Made by a program: the position numbers and the translations under genes. Below the pieces are notes generated by a model. It saw only the letters and a program-made list of their open reading frames with translations, searched no databases and was not told the origin of the DNA. Positions 13,701 through 28,536 of a stretch of DNA of 64,000 nucleotides are shown here, piece after piece. The first letter of the stretch is position 1. Every line of letters starts with the position of its first letter. Source of the stretch: Eledone cirrhosa. Lineage: Eukaryota. The stretch is taken from positions 211,420,001 through 211,484,000 of the forward strand of contig OZ024743.1 in the NCBI GenBank assembly GCA_964016885.1, written 5' to 3'.

Positions 13701-16700
13701 TTCCAGGTAGAGCCACTAATTCACTGAATTGAGAGATCACAGCTCTGATATTACAGACATGTGGTTAGAATGTCTGAGGAAAGAATCACTAGAGAGCTGT
13801 TCCAGGTAGAGCCACTAATTCACTGAATTGAGAGATCATAGCTCTGATACTACAGACATGTGGTTAGAATGTCTGAGGAAAGAATCACTAGAGAGCTGTT
13901 CCAGGTAGAGCCACTAATTCACTGAATTAAGAGATCATAGCTCTGATATTACAGACATGTGGTTAGAATGTCTGAGGAAAGAATCACTGGAGAGCTGTTC
14001 CAGGTAGAGCCACCTAATTCACTGAATTGAGAGATCACAGCTCTGATATTACAGACATGTGGTTAGAATGTCTCAGGAAAGAATCACTAGAGAGCTGTTT
14101 CATGTAGAGCCACTAATTCACTGAATTGAGAGATCACAGCTCTGATACTACAGACATGTGGTTAGAATGTCTGAGGAAAGAGTCACTAGAGAGCTGTTCC
14201 AGGTAGAGCCACTAATTCACTGAATTGAGAGATCATAGCTCTGATATTACAGACATGTGGTTAGAATGTCTGAGGAAAGAATCACTAGAGAGCTGTTCCA
14301 GCTAGAGCCACTAATTCACTGAATTGAGAGATCACAGCGCTGATATTACAGACCTGTGGTTAGAATGTCTGAGGAAAGAATCACTAGAGAGCTGTTCCAG
14401 GTAGAGCCGTTAATTCACTGAATTGAGAGATCATAGCTCTGATACTACAGACATGTGGTTAGAATGTCTGAGGAAAGAATCACTAGAGAGCTGTTCCAGG
14501 TATGAGCCACTAATTCACTGAATTGAGAGATCACAGCTCTGATACTACAGACATGGGGTTAGAATTCCTGAGGAAAGAATAACTAGAGAGCTGTTCCAGG
14601 TAGAGCCACTAATTCACCAAATTGAGAGATCATAGCTCTGATACTACAGACATGTGGTTAGAATGTCTGAGGAACGAATCACTAGAGAGCTGTTCCAGGT
14701 AGTGCCACTAATTCACTGAATTGAGAGATCATAGCTCTGATACTACAGACATGTGGTTAGAATGTCTGAGGAAAGAATCACTAGAGAGCTGTTCCAGGTA
14801 GAGCCACTAATTCACTGAATTGAGAGATCACAGCTCTGATACTACAGACATGTGGTTAGAATGTCTGAGGAAAGAATCACTAGAGAGCTGTTCCAGGTAG
14901 AGCCACTAATTCACTGAATTGAGAGATCATAGCTCTGATACTACAGATATGTGGTTAGAATGTCTGAGGAAAGAATCACTAGAGAGCTGTTCCAGGTAGA
15001 GCCACTAATTCACTGAATTGAGAGATCACAGCTCTGATATTACAGGCATGTGGCTAGAATGTCTGAGGAAAGAATCACTGGAGAGCTGTTCCAGGTAGAG
15101 CCACTAATTCACTGAATTGAGAGATAATAGCTCTGATATTACAGACATGTGGTTAGAATGTCTGAGGAAAGAATCACTAGAGAGCTGTTCCAGGTAGAGC
15201 CACTAATTCACTGAATTTAGAGATCACAGCTCTGATATTACAGACATGTTGTTAGAATGTCTCAGGAAAGAATCACTAGAGAGCTGTTCCAGGTAGAGCC
15301 ACTAATTCACTGAATTGAGAGATCACAGCTCTGATATTACAGACATGTGGTTAGAATGTCTGATGAAAGAAACACTAGAGAGCTGTTCCAGGTAGAGCCA
15401 CTAATTCACTGAATTGAGAGATAATAGCTCTGATATTACAGACATGTGGTTAGAATGTCTCAGGAAAGAATCACTAGAGAGCTGTTTCATGTAGAGCCAC
15501 TAATTCACTGAATTGAGAGATCACAGCTCTGATACTACAGACATGTGGTTAGAATGTCTGAGGAAAGAATCACTAGAGAGCTGTTCCAGGTAGAGCCACT
15601 AATTCACTGAATTGAGAGATCATAGCTCTGATATTACAGACATGTGGTTAGAATGTCTGAGGAAAGAATCACTAGAGAGCTGTTCCAGCTAGAGCCACTA
15701 ATTCACTGAATTGAGAGATCACAGCTCTGATATTACAGACCTGTGGTTAGAATGTCTGAGGAAAGAATCACTAGAGAGCTGTTCCAGGTAGAGCCGTTAA
15801 TTCACTGAATTGAGAGATCATAGCTCTGATACTACAGACATGTGGTTAGAATGTCTGAGGAAAGAATCACTAGAGAGCTGTTCCAGGTATGAGCCACTAA
15901 TTCACTGAATTGAGAGATCACAGCTCTGATACTACAGACATGGGGTTAGAATTCCTGAGGAAAGAATAACTAGAGAGCTGTTCCAGGTAGAGCCACTAAT
16001 TCACCAAATTGAGAGATCATAGCTCTGATACTACAGACATGTGGTTAGAATGTCTGAGGAACGAATCACTAGAGAGCTGTTCCAGGTAGTGCCACTAATT
16101 CACTGAATTGAGAGATCATAGCTCTGATACTACAGACATGTGGTTAGAATGTCTGAGGAAAGAATCACTAGAGAGCTGTTCCAGGTAGAGCCACTAATTC
16201 ACTGAATTGAGATATCACAGCTCTGATACTACAGACATGTGGTTAGAATGTCTGAGGAAAGAATCACTAGAGAGCTGTTCCAGGTAGAGCCACTAATTCA
16301 CTGAATTGAGAGATCATAGCTCTGATACTACAGATATGTGGTTAGAATGTCTGAGGAAAGAATCACTAGAGAGCTGTTCCAGGTAGAGCCACTAATTCAC
16401 TGAATTGAGAGAGCACAGCTCTGATATTACAGGCATGTGGCTAGAATGTCTGAGGAAAGAATCACTGGAGAGCTGTTCCAGGTAGAGCCACTAATTCACT
16501 GAATTGAGAGATCACAGCTCTGATATTACAGACATGGGGTTAGAATGTCTGAGGAAAGAATCACTAGAGAGCTGTTCCAGGTAGAGCCACTAATTCACTG
16601 AATTGAGAGATCATAGCTCTGATACTACAGACATGTGGTTAGAATGTCTGAGGAAAGAATCACTAGAGAGCTGTTCCAGGTAGAGCCACTAATTCACTGA

Positions 16701-19700
16701 ATTAAGAGATCATAGCTCTGATATTACAGACATGTGGTTAGAATGTCTGAGGAAAGAATCACTGGAGAGCTGTTCCAGGTAGAGCCACTAATTCACCAAA
16801 TTGAGAGATCATAGCTCTGATACTACAGACATGTGGTTAGAATGTCTGAGGAACGAATCACTAGAGAGCTGTTCCAGGTAGTGCCACTAATTCACTGAAG
16901 TGAGAGATCATCGCTCTGATACTACAGACATGTGGTTAGAATGTCTGAGGAAAAAATCACTAGAGAGCTGTTCCAGGTAGAGCCACTAATTCACTGAATT
17001 GAGAGATCACAGCTCTGATACTACAGACATGTGGTTAGAATGTCTGAGGAAAGAATCACTAGAGAGTTGTTCCAGGTAGAGCCACTAATTCACTGAATTG
17101 AGAGATCATAGCTCTGATACTACAGATATGTGGTTAGAATGTCTGAGGAAAGAATCACTAGAGAGCTGTTCCAGGTAGAGCCACTAATTCACTGAATTTA
17201 GAGATCACAGCTCTGATATTACAGGCATGTGGCTAGAATGTCTGAGGAAAGAATCACTGGAGAGCTGTTCCAGGTAGAGCCACTAATTCACTGAATTGAG
17301 AGATCACAGCTCTGATATTACAGACATGTGGTTAGAATGTCTGAGGAAAGAATCACTAGAGAGCTGTTCCAGGTAGAGCCACTAATTCACTGAATTGAGA
17401 GATCATAGCTCTGATACTACAGACATGTGGTTAGAATGTCTGAGGAAAGAATCACTAGAGAGCTGTTCCAGGTAGAGCCACTAATTCACTGAATTAAGAG
17501 ATCATAGCTCTGATATTACAGACATGTGGTTAGAATGTCTGAGGAAAGAATCACTGGAGAGCTGTTCCAGGTAGAGCCACCTAATTCACTGAATTGAGAG
17601 ATCACAGCTCTGATATTACAGACATGTGGTTAGAATGTCTCAGGAAAGAATCACTAGAGAGCTGTTTCATGTAGAGCCACTAATTCACTGAATTGAGAGA
17701 TCACAGCTCTGATACTACAGACATGTGGTTAGAATGTCTGAGGAAAGAGTCACTAGAGAGCTGTTCCAGGTAGAGCCACTAATTCACTGAATTGAGAGAT
17801 CATAGCTCTGATATTACAGACATGTGGTTAGAATGTCTGAGGAAAGAATCACTAGAGAGCTGTTCCAGCTAGAGCCACTAATTCACTGAATTGAGAGATC
17901 ACAGCGCTGATATTACAGACCTGTGGTTAGAATGTCTGAGGAAAGAATCACTAGAGAGCTGTTCCAGGTAGAGCCGTTAATTCACTGAATTGAGAGATCA
18001 TAGCTCTGATACTACAGACATGTGGTTAGAATGTCTGAGGAAAGAATCACTAGAGAGCTGTTCCAGGTATGAGCCACTAATTCACTGAATTGAGAGATCA
18101 CAGCTCTGATACTACAGACATGGGGTTAGAATTCCTGAGGAAAGAATAACTAGAGAGCTGTTCCAGGTAGAGCCACTAATTCACCAAATTGAGAGATCAT
18201 AGCTCTGATACTACAGACATGTGGTTAGAATGTCTGAGGAACGAATCACTAGAGAGCTGTTCCAGGTAGTGCCACTAATTCACTGAATTGAGAGATCATA
18301 GCTCTGATACTACAGACATGTGGTTAGAATGTCTGAGGAAAGAATCACTAGAGAGCTGTTCCAGGTAGAGCCACTAATTCACTGAATTGAGAGATCACAG
18401 CTCTGATACTACAGACATGTGGTTAGAATGTCTGAGGAAAGAATCACTAGAGAGCTGTTCCAGGTAGAGCCACTAATTCACTGAATTGAGAGATCATAGC
18501 TCTGATACTACAGATATGTGGTTAGAATGTCTGAGGAAAGAATCACTAGAGAGCTGTTCCAGGTAGAGCCACTAATTCACTGAATTGAGAGATCACAGCT
18601 CTGATATTACAGGCATGTGGCTAGAATGTCTGAGGAAAGAATCACTGGAGAGCTGTTCCAGGTAGAGCCACTAATTCACTGAATTGAGAGATAATAGCTC
18701 TGATATTACAGACATGTGGTTAGAATGTCTGAGGAAAGAATCACTAGAGAGCTGTTCCAGGTAGAGCCACTAATTCACTGAATTTAGAGATCACAGCTCT
18801 GATATTACAGACATGTTGTTAGAATGTCTCAGGAAAGAATCACTAGAGAGCTGTTCCAGGTAGAGCCACTAATTCACTGAATTGAGAGATCACAGCTCTG
18901 ATATTACAGACATGTGGTTAGAATGTCTGATGAAAGAAACACTAGAGAGCTGTTCCAGGTAGAGCCACTAATTCACTGAATTGAGAGATAATAGCTCTGA
19001 TATTACAGACATGTGGTTAGAATGTCTCAGGAAAGAATCACTAGAGAGCTGTTTCATGTAGAGCCACTAATTCACTGAATTGAGAGATCACAGCTCTGAT
19101 ACTACAGACATGTGGTTAGAATGTCTGAGGAAAGAATCACTAGAGAGCTGTTCCAGGTAGAGCCACTAATTCACTGAATTGAGAGATCATAGCTCTGATA
19201 TTACAGACATGTGGTTAGAATGTCTGAGGAAAGAATCACTAGAGAGCTGTTCCAGCTAGAGCCACTAATTCACTGAATTGAGAGATCACAGCTCTGATAT
19301 TACAGACCTGTGGTTAGAATGTCTGAGGAAAGAATCACTAGAGAGCTGTTCCAGGTAGAGCCGTTAATTCACTGAATTGAGAGATCATAGCTCTGATACT
19401 ACAGACATGTGGTTAGAATGTCTGAGGAAAGAATCACTAGAGAGCTGTTCCAGGTATGAGCCACTAATTCACTGAATTGAGAGATCACAGCTCTGATACT
19501 ACAGACATGGGGTTAGAATTCCTGAGGAAAGAATAACTAGAGAGCTGTTCCAGGTAGAGCCACTAATTCACCAAATTGAGAGATCATAGCTCTGATACTA
19601 CAGACATGTGGTTAGAATGTCTGAGGAACGAATCACTAGAGAGCTGTTCCAGGTAGTGCCACTAATTCACTGAATTGAGAGATCATAGCTCTGATACTAC

Positions 19701-22700
19701 AGACATGTGGTTAGAATGTCTGAGGAAAGAATCACTAGAGAGCTGTTCCAGGTAGAGCCACTAATTCACTGAATTGAGATATCACAGCTCTGATACTACA
19801 GACATGTGGTTAGAATGTCTGAGGAAAGAATCACTAGAGAGCTGTTCCAGGTAGAGCCACTAATTCACTGAATTGAGAGATCATAGCTCTGATACTACAG
19901 ATATGTGGTTAGAATGTCTGAGGAAAGAATCACTAGAGAGCTGTTCCAGGTAGAGCCACTAATTCACTGAATTGAGAGAGCACAGCTCTGATATTACAGG
20001 CATGTGGCTAGAATGTCTGAGGAAAGAATCACTGGAGAGCTGTTCCAGGTAGAGCCACTAATTCACTGAATTGAGAGATCACAGCTCTGATATTACAGAC
20101 ATGGGGTTAGAATGTCTGAGGAAAGAATCACTAGAGAGCTGTTCCAGGTAGAGCCACTAATTCACTGAATTGAGAGATCATAGCTCTGATACTACAGACA
20201 TGTGGTTAGAATGTCTGAGGAAAGAATCACTAGAGAGCTGTTCCAGGTAGAGCCACTAATTCACTGAATTAAGAGATCATAGCTCTGATATTACAGACAT
20301 GTGGTTAGAATGTCTGAGGAAAGAATCACTGGAGAGCTGTTCCAGGTAGAGCCACTAATTCACCAAATTGAGAGATCATAGCTCTGATACTACAGACATG
20401 TGGTTAGAATGTCTGAGGAACGAATCACTAGAGAGCTGTTCCAGGTAGTGCCACTAATTCACTGAAGTGAGAGATCATCGCTCTGATACTACAGACATGT
20501 GGTTAGAATGTCTGAGGAAAAAATCACTAGAGAGCTGTTCCAGGTAGAGCCACTAATTCACTGAATTGAGAGATCACAGCTCTGATACTACAGACATGTG
20601 GTTAGAATGTCTGAGGAAAGAATCACTAGAGAGTTGTTCCAGGTAGAGCCACTAATTCACTGAATTGAGAGATCATAGCTCTGATACTACAGATATGTGG
20701 TTAGAATGTCTGAGGAAAGAATCACTAGAGAGCTGTTCCAGGTAGAGCCACTAATTCACTGAATTTAGAGATCACAGCTCTGATATTACAGGCATGTGGC
20801 TAGAATGTCTGAGGAAAGAATCACTGGAGAGCTGTTCCAGGTAGAGCCACTAATTCACTGAATTGAGAGATCACAGCTCTGATATTACAGACATGTGGTT
20901 AGAATGTCTGAGGAAAGAATCACTAGAGAGCTGTTCCAGGTAGAGCCACTAATTCACTGAATTGAGAGATCATAGCTCTGATACTACAGACATGTGGTTA
21001 GAATGTCTGAGGAAAGAATCACTAGAGAGCTGTTCCAGGTAGAGCCACTAATTCACTGAATTAAGAGATCATAGCTCTGATATTACAGACATGTGGTTAG
21101 AATGTCTGAGGAAAGAATCACTGGAGAGCTGTTCCAGGTAGAGCCACCTAATTCACTGAATTGAGAGATCACAGCTCTGATATTACAGACATGTGGTTAG
21201 AATGTCTCAGGAAAGAATCACTAGAGAGCTGTTTCATGTAGAGCCACTAATTCACTGAATTGAGAGATCACAGCTCTGATACTACAGACATGTGGTTAGA
21301 ATGTCTGAGGAAAGAATCACTAGAGAGCTGTTCCAGGTAGAGCCACTAATTCACTGAATTGAGAGATCATAGCTCTGATATTACAGACATGTGGTTAGAA
21401 TGTCTGAGGAAAGAATCACTAGAGAGCTGTTCCAGCTAGAGCCACTAATTCACTGAATTGAGAGATCACAGCGCTGATATTACAGACCTGTGGTTAGAAT
21501 GTCTGAGGAAAGAATCACTAGAGAGCTGTTCCAGGTAGAGCCGTTAATTCACTGAATTGAGAGATCATAGCTCTGATACTACAGACATGTGGTTAGAATG
21601 TCTGAGGAAAGAATCACTAGAGAGCTGTTCCAGGTATGAGCCACTAATTCACTGAATTGAGAGATCACAGCTCTGATACTACAGACATGGGGTTAGAATT
21701 CCTGAGGAAAGAATAACTAGAGAGCTGTTCCAGGTAGAGCCACTAATTCACCAAATTGAGAGATCATAGCTCTGATACTACAGACATGTGGTTAGAATGT
21801 CTGAGGAACGAATCACTAGAGAGCTGTTCCAGGTAGTGCCACTAATTCACTGAATTGAGAGATCATAGCTCTGATACTACAGACATGTGGTTAGAATGTC
21901 TGAGGAAAGAATCACTAGAGAGCTGTTCCAGGTAGAGCCACTAATTCACTGAATTGAGAGATCACAGCTCTGATACTACAGACATGTGGTTAGAATGTCT
22001 GAGGAAAGAATCACTAGAGAGCTGTTCCAGGTAGAGCCACTAATTCACTGAATTGAGAGATCATAGCTCTGATACTACAGATATGTGGTTAGAATGTCTG
22101 AGGAAAGAATCACTAGAGAGCTGTTCCAGGTAGAGCCACTAATTCACTGAATTGAGAGATCACAGCTCTGATATTACAGGCATGTGGCTAGAATGTCTGA
22201 GGAAAGAATCACTGGAGAGCTGTTCCAGGTAGAGCCACTAATTCACTGAATTGAGAGATAATAGCTCTGATATTACAGACATGTGGTTAGAATGTCTGAG
22301 GAAAGAATCACTAGAGAGCTGTTCCAGGTAGAGCCACTAATTCACTGAATTTAGAGATCACAGCTCTGATATTACAGACATGTTGTTAGAATGTCTCAGG
22401 AAAGAATCACTAGAGAGCTGTTCCAGGTAGAGCCACTAATTCACTGAATTGAGAGATCACAGCTCTGATATTACAGACATGTGGTTAGAATGTCTGATGA
22501 AAGAAACACTAGAGAGCTGTTCCAGGTAGAGCCACTAATTCACTGAATTGAGAGATAATAGCTCTGATATTACAGACATGTGGTTAGAATGTCTCAGGAA
22601 AGAATCACTAGAGAGCTGTTTCATGTAGAGCCACTAATTCACTGAATTGAGAGATCACAGCTCTGATACTACAGACATGTGGTTAGAATGTCTGAGGAAA

Positions 22701-25700
22701 GAATCACTAGAGAGCTGTTCCAGGTAGAGCCACTAATTCACTGAATTGAGAGATCATAGCTCTGATATTACAGACATGTGGTTAGAATGTCTGAGGAAAG
22801 AATCACTAGAGAGCTGTTCCAGCTAGAGCCACTAATTCACTGAATTGAGAGATCACAGCTCTGATATTACAGACCTGTGGTTAGAATGTCTGAGGAAAGA
22901 ATCACTAGAGAGCTGTTCCAGGTAGAGCCGTTAATTCACTGAATTGAGAGATCATAGCTCTGATACTACAGACATGTGGTTAGAATGTCTGAGGAAAGAA
23001 TCACTAGAGAGCTGTTCCAGGTATGAGCCACTAATTCACTGAATTGAGAGATCACAGCTCTGATACTACAGACATGGGGTTAGAATTCCTGAGGAAAGAA
23101 TAACTAGAGAGCTGTTCCAGGTAGAGCCACTAATTCACCAAATTGAGAGATCATAGCTCTGATACTACAGACATGTGGTTAGAATGTCTGAGGAACGAAT
23201 CACTAGAGAGCTGTTCCAGGTAGTGCCACTAATTCACTGAATTGAGAGATCATAGCTCTGATACTACAGACATGTGGTTAGAATGTCTGAGGAAAGAATC
23301 ACTAGAGAGCTGTTCCAGGTAGAGCCACTAATTCACTGAATTGAGATATCACAGCTCTGATACTACAGACATGTGGTTAGAATGTCTGAGGAAAGAATCA
23401 CTAGAGAGCTGTTCCAGGTAGAGCCACTAATTCACTGAATTGAGAGATCATAGCTCTGATACTACAGATATGTGGTTAGAATGTCTGAGGAAAGAATCAC
23501 TAGAGAGCTGTTCCAGGTAGAGCCACTAATTCACTGAATTGAGAGAGCACAGCTCTGATATTACAGGCATGTGGCTAGAATGTCTGAGGAAAGAATCACT
23601 GGAGAGCTGTTCCAGGTAGAGCCACTAATTCACTGAATTGAGAGATCACAGCTCTGATATTACAGACATGGGGTTAGAATGTCTGAGGAAAGAATCACTA
23701 GAGAGCTGTTCCAGGTAGAGCCACTAATTCACTGAATTGAGAGATCATAGCTCTGATACTACAGACATGTGGTTAGAATGTCTGAGGAAAGAATCACTAG
23801 AGAGCTGTTCCAGGTAGAGCCACTAATTCACTGAATTAAGAGATCATAGCTCTGATATTACAGACATGTGGTTAGAATGTCTGAGGAAAGAATCACTGGA
23901 GAGCTGTTCCAGGTAGAGCCACTAATTCACCAAATTGAGAGATCATAGCTCTGATACTACAGACATGTGGTTAGAATGTCTGAGGAACGAATCACTAGAG
24001 AGCTGTTCCAGGTAGTGCCACTAATTCACTGAAGTGAGAGATCATCGCTCTGATACTACAGACATGTGGTTAGAATGTCTGAGGAAAAAATCACTAGAGA
24101 GCTGTTCCAGGTAGAGCCACTAATTCACTGAATTGAGAGATCACAGCTCTGATACTACAGACATGTGGTTAGAATGTCTGAGGAAAGAATCACTAGAGAG
24201 TTGTTCCAGGTAGAGCCACTAATTCACTGAATTGAGAGATCATAGCTCTGATACTACAGATATGTGGTTAGAATGTCTGAGGAAAGAATCACTAGAGAGC
24301 TGTTCCAGGTAGAGCCACTAATTCACTGAATTTAGAGATCACAGCTCTGATATTACAGGCATGTGGCTAGAATGTCTGAGGAAAGAATCACTGGAGAGCT
24401 GTTCCAGGTAGAGCCACTAATTCACTGAATTGAGAGATCACAGCTCTGATATTACAGACATGTGGTTAGAATGTCTGAGGAAAGAATCACTAGAGAGCTG
24501 TTCCAGGTAGAGCCACTAATTCACTGAATTGAGAGATCATAGCTCTGATACTACAGACATGTGGTTAGAATGTCTGAGGAAAGAATCACTAGAGAGCTGT
24601 TCCAGGTAGAGCCACTAATTCACTGAATTAAGAGATCATAGCTCTGATATTACAGACATGTGGTTAGAATGTCTGAGGAAAGAATCACTGGAGAGCTGTT
24701 CCAGGTAGAGCCACCTAATTCACTGAATTGAGAGATCACAGCTCTGATATTACAGACATGTGGTTAGAATGTCTCAGGAAAGAATCACTAGAGAGCTGTT
24801 TCATGTAGAGCCACTAATTCACTGAATTGAGAGATCACAGCTCTGATACTACAGACATGTGGTTAGAATGTCTGAGGAAAGAATCACTAGAGAGCTGTTC
24901 CAGGTAGAGCCACTAATTCACTGAATTGAGAGATCATAGCTCTGATATTACAGACATGTGGTTAGAATGTCTGAGGAAAGAATCACTAGAGAGCTGTTCC
25001 AGCTAGAGCCACTAATTCACTGAATTGAGAGATCACAGCGCTGATATTACAGACCTGTGGTTAGAATGTCTGAGGAAAGAATCACTAGAGAGCTGTTCCA
25101 GGTAGAGCCGTTAATTCACTGAATTGAGAGATCATAGCTCTGATACTACAGACATGTGGTTAGAATGTCTGAGGAAAGAATCACTAGAGAGCTGTTCCAG
25201 GTATGAGCCACTAATTCACTGAATTGAGAGATCACAGCTCTGATACTACAGACATGGGGTTAGAATTCCTGAGGAAAGAATAACTAGAGAGCTGTTCCAG
25301 GTAGAGCCACTAATTCACCAAATTGAGAGATCATAGCTCTGATACTACAGACATGTGGTTAGAATGTCTGAGGAACGAATCACTAGAGAGCTGTTCCAGG
25401 TAGTGCCACTAATTCACTGAATTGAGAGATCATAGCTCTGATACTACAGACATGTGGTTAGAATGTCTGAGGAAAGAATCACTAGAGAGCTGTTCCAGGT
25501 AGAGCCACTAATTCACTGAATTGAGAGATCACAGCTCTGATACTACAGACATGTGGTTAGAATGTCTGAGGAAAGAATCACTAGAGAGCTGTTCCAGGTA
25601 GAGCCACTAATTCACTGAATTGAGAGATCATAGCTCTGATACTACAGATATGTGGTTAGAATGTCTGAGGAAAGAATCACTAGAGAGCTGTTCCAGGTAG

Positions 25701-28536
25701 AGCCACTAATTCACTGAATTGAGAGATCACAGCTCTGATATTACAGGCATGTGGCTAGAATGTCTGAGGAAAGAATCACTGGAGAGCTGTTCCAGGTAGA
25801 GCCACTAATTCACTGAATTGAGAGATAATAGCTCTGATATTACAGACATGTGGTTAGAATGTCTGAGGAAAGAATCACTAGAGAGCTGTTCCAGGTAGAG
25901 CCACTAATTCACTGAATTTAGAGATCACAGCTCTGATATTACAGACATGTTGTTAGAATGTCTCAGGAAAGAATCACTAGAGAGCTGTTCCAGGTAGAGC
26001 CACTAATTCACTGAATTGAGAGATCACAGCTCTGATATTACAGACATGTGGTTAGAATGTCTGATGAAAGAAACACTAGAGAGCTGTTCCAGGTAGAGCC
26101 ACTAATTCACTGAATTGAGAGATAATAGCTCTGATATTACAGACATGTGGTTAGAATGTCTCAGGAAAGAATCACTAGAGAGCTGTTTCATGTAGAGCCA
26201 CTAATTCACTGAATTGAGAGATCACAGCTCTGATACTACAGACATGTGGTTAGAATGTCTGAGGAAAGAATCACTAGAGAGCTGTTCCAGGTAGAGCCAC
26301 TAATTCACTGAATTGAGAGATCATAGCTCTGATATTACAGACATGTGGTTAGAATGTCTGAGGAAAGAATCACTAGAGAGCTGTTCCAGCTAGAGCCACT
26401 AATTCACTGAATTGAGAGATCACAGCTCTGATATTACAGACCTGTGGTTAGAATGTCTGAGGAAAGAATCACTAGAGAGCTGTTCCAGGTAGAGCCGTTA
26501 ATTCACTGAATTGAGAGATCATAGCTCTGATACTACAGACATGTGGTTAGAATGTCTGAGGAAAGAATCACTAGAGAGCTGTTCCAGGTATGAGCCACTA
26601 ATTCACTGAATTGAGAGATCACAGCTCTGATACTACAGACATGGGGTTAGAATTCCTGAGGAAAGAATAACTAGAGAGCTGTTCCAGGTAGAGCCACTAA
26701 TTCACCAAATTGAGAGATCATAGCTCTGATACTACAGACATGTGGTTAGAATGTCTGAGGAACGAATCACTAGAGAGCTGTTCCAGGTAGTGCCACTAAT
26801 TCACTGAATTGAGAGATCATAGCTCTGATACTACAGACATGTGGTTAGAATGTCTGAGGAAAGAATCACTAGAGAGCTGTTCCAGGTAGAGCCACTAATT
26901 CACTGAATTGAGATATCACAGCTCTGATACTACAGACATGTGGTTAGAATGTCTGAGGAAAGAATCACTAGAGAGCTGTTCCAGGTAGAGCCACTAATTC
27001 ACTGAATTGAGAGATCATAGCTCTGATACTACAGATATGTGGTTAGAATGTCTGAGGAAAGAATCACTAGAGAGCTGTTCCAGGTAGAGCCACTAATTCA
27101 CTGAATTGAGAGAGCACAGCTCTGATATTACAGGCATGTGGCTAGAATGTCTGAGGAAAGAATCACTGGAGAGCTGTTCCAGGTAGAGCCACTAATTCAC
27201 TGAATTGAGAGATCACAGCTCTGATATTACAGACATGGGGTTAGAATGTCTGAGGAAAGAATCACTAGAGAGCTGTTCCAGGTAGAGCCACTAATTCACT
27301 GAATTGAGAGATCATAGCTCTGATACTACAGACATGTGGTTAGAATGTCTGAGGAAAGAATCACTAGAGAGCTGTTCCAGGTAGAGCCACTAATTCACTG
27401 AATTAAGAGATCATAGCTCTGATATTACAGACATGTGGTTAGAATGTCTGAGGAAAGAATCACTGGAGAGCTGTTCCAGGTAGAGCCACTAATTCACCAA
27501 ATTGAGAGATCATAGCTCTGATACTACAGACATGTGGTTAGAATGTCTGAGGAACGAATCACTAGAGAGCTGTTCCAGGTAGTGCCACTAATTCACTGAA
27601 GTGAGAGATCATCGCTCTGATACTACAGACATGTGGTTAGAATGTCTGAGGAAAAAATCACTAGAGAGCTGTTCCAGGTAGAGCCACTAATTCACTGAAT
27701 TGAGAGATCACAGCTCTGATACTACAGACATGTGGTTAGAATGTCTGAGGAAAGAATCACTAGAGAGTTGTTCCAGGTAGAGCCACTAATTCACTGAATT
27801 GAGAGATCATAGCTCTGATACTACAGATATGTGGTTAGAATGTCTGAGGAAAGAATCACTAGAGAGCTGTTCCAGGTAGAGCCACTAATTCACTGAATTT
27901 AGAGATCACAGCTCTGATATTACAGGCATGTGGCTAGAATGTCTGAGGAAAGAATCACTGGAGAGCTGTTCCAGGTAGAGCCACTAATTCACTGAATTGA
28001 GAGATCACAGCTCTGATATTACAGACATGTGGTTAGAATGTCTGAGGAAAGAATCACTAGAGAGCTGTTCCAGGTAGAGCCACTAATTCACTGAATTGAG
28101 AGATCATAGCTCTGATACTACAGACATGTGGTTAGAATGTCTGAGGAAAGAATCACTAGAGAGCTGTTCCAGGTAGAGCCACTAATTCACTGAATTAAGA
28201 GATCATAGCTCTGATATTACAGACATGTGGTTAGAATGTCTGAGGAAAGAATCACTGGAGAGCTGTTCCAGGTAGAGCCACCTAATTCACTGAATTGAGA
28301 GATCACAGCTCTGATATTACAGACATGTGGTTAGAATGTCTCAGGAAAGAATCACTAGAGAGCTGTTTCATGTAGAGCCACTAATTCACTGAATTGAGAG
28401 ATCACAGCTCTGATACTACAGACATGTGGTTAGAATGTCTGAGGAAAGAATCACTAGAGAGCTGTTCCAGGTAGAGCCACTAATTCACTGAATTGAGAGA
28501 TCATAGCTCTGATATTACAGACATGTGGTTAGAATG
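10702..28536. repeat. Five tandem canonical 36-monomer HOR units of 3567 bp (starts 10702, 14269, 17836, 21403, 24970)
   Basis: Marker CG at 10771, 14338, 17905, 21472, 25039 and 28606, a constant spacing of 3567 = 36x99+3. The order of diagnostic variants is the same in each unit, and very few private substitutions were seen (11100; 14182 and 17749). Confidence 0.96.
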
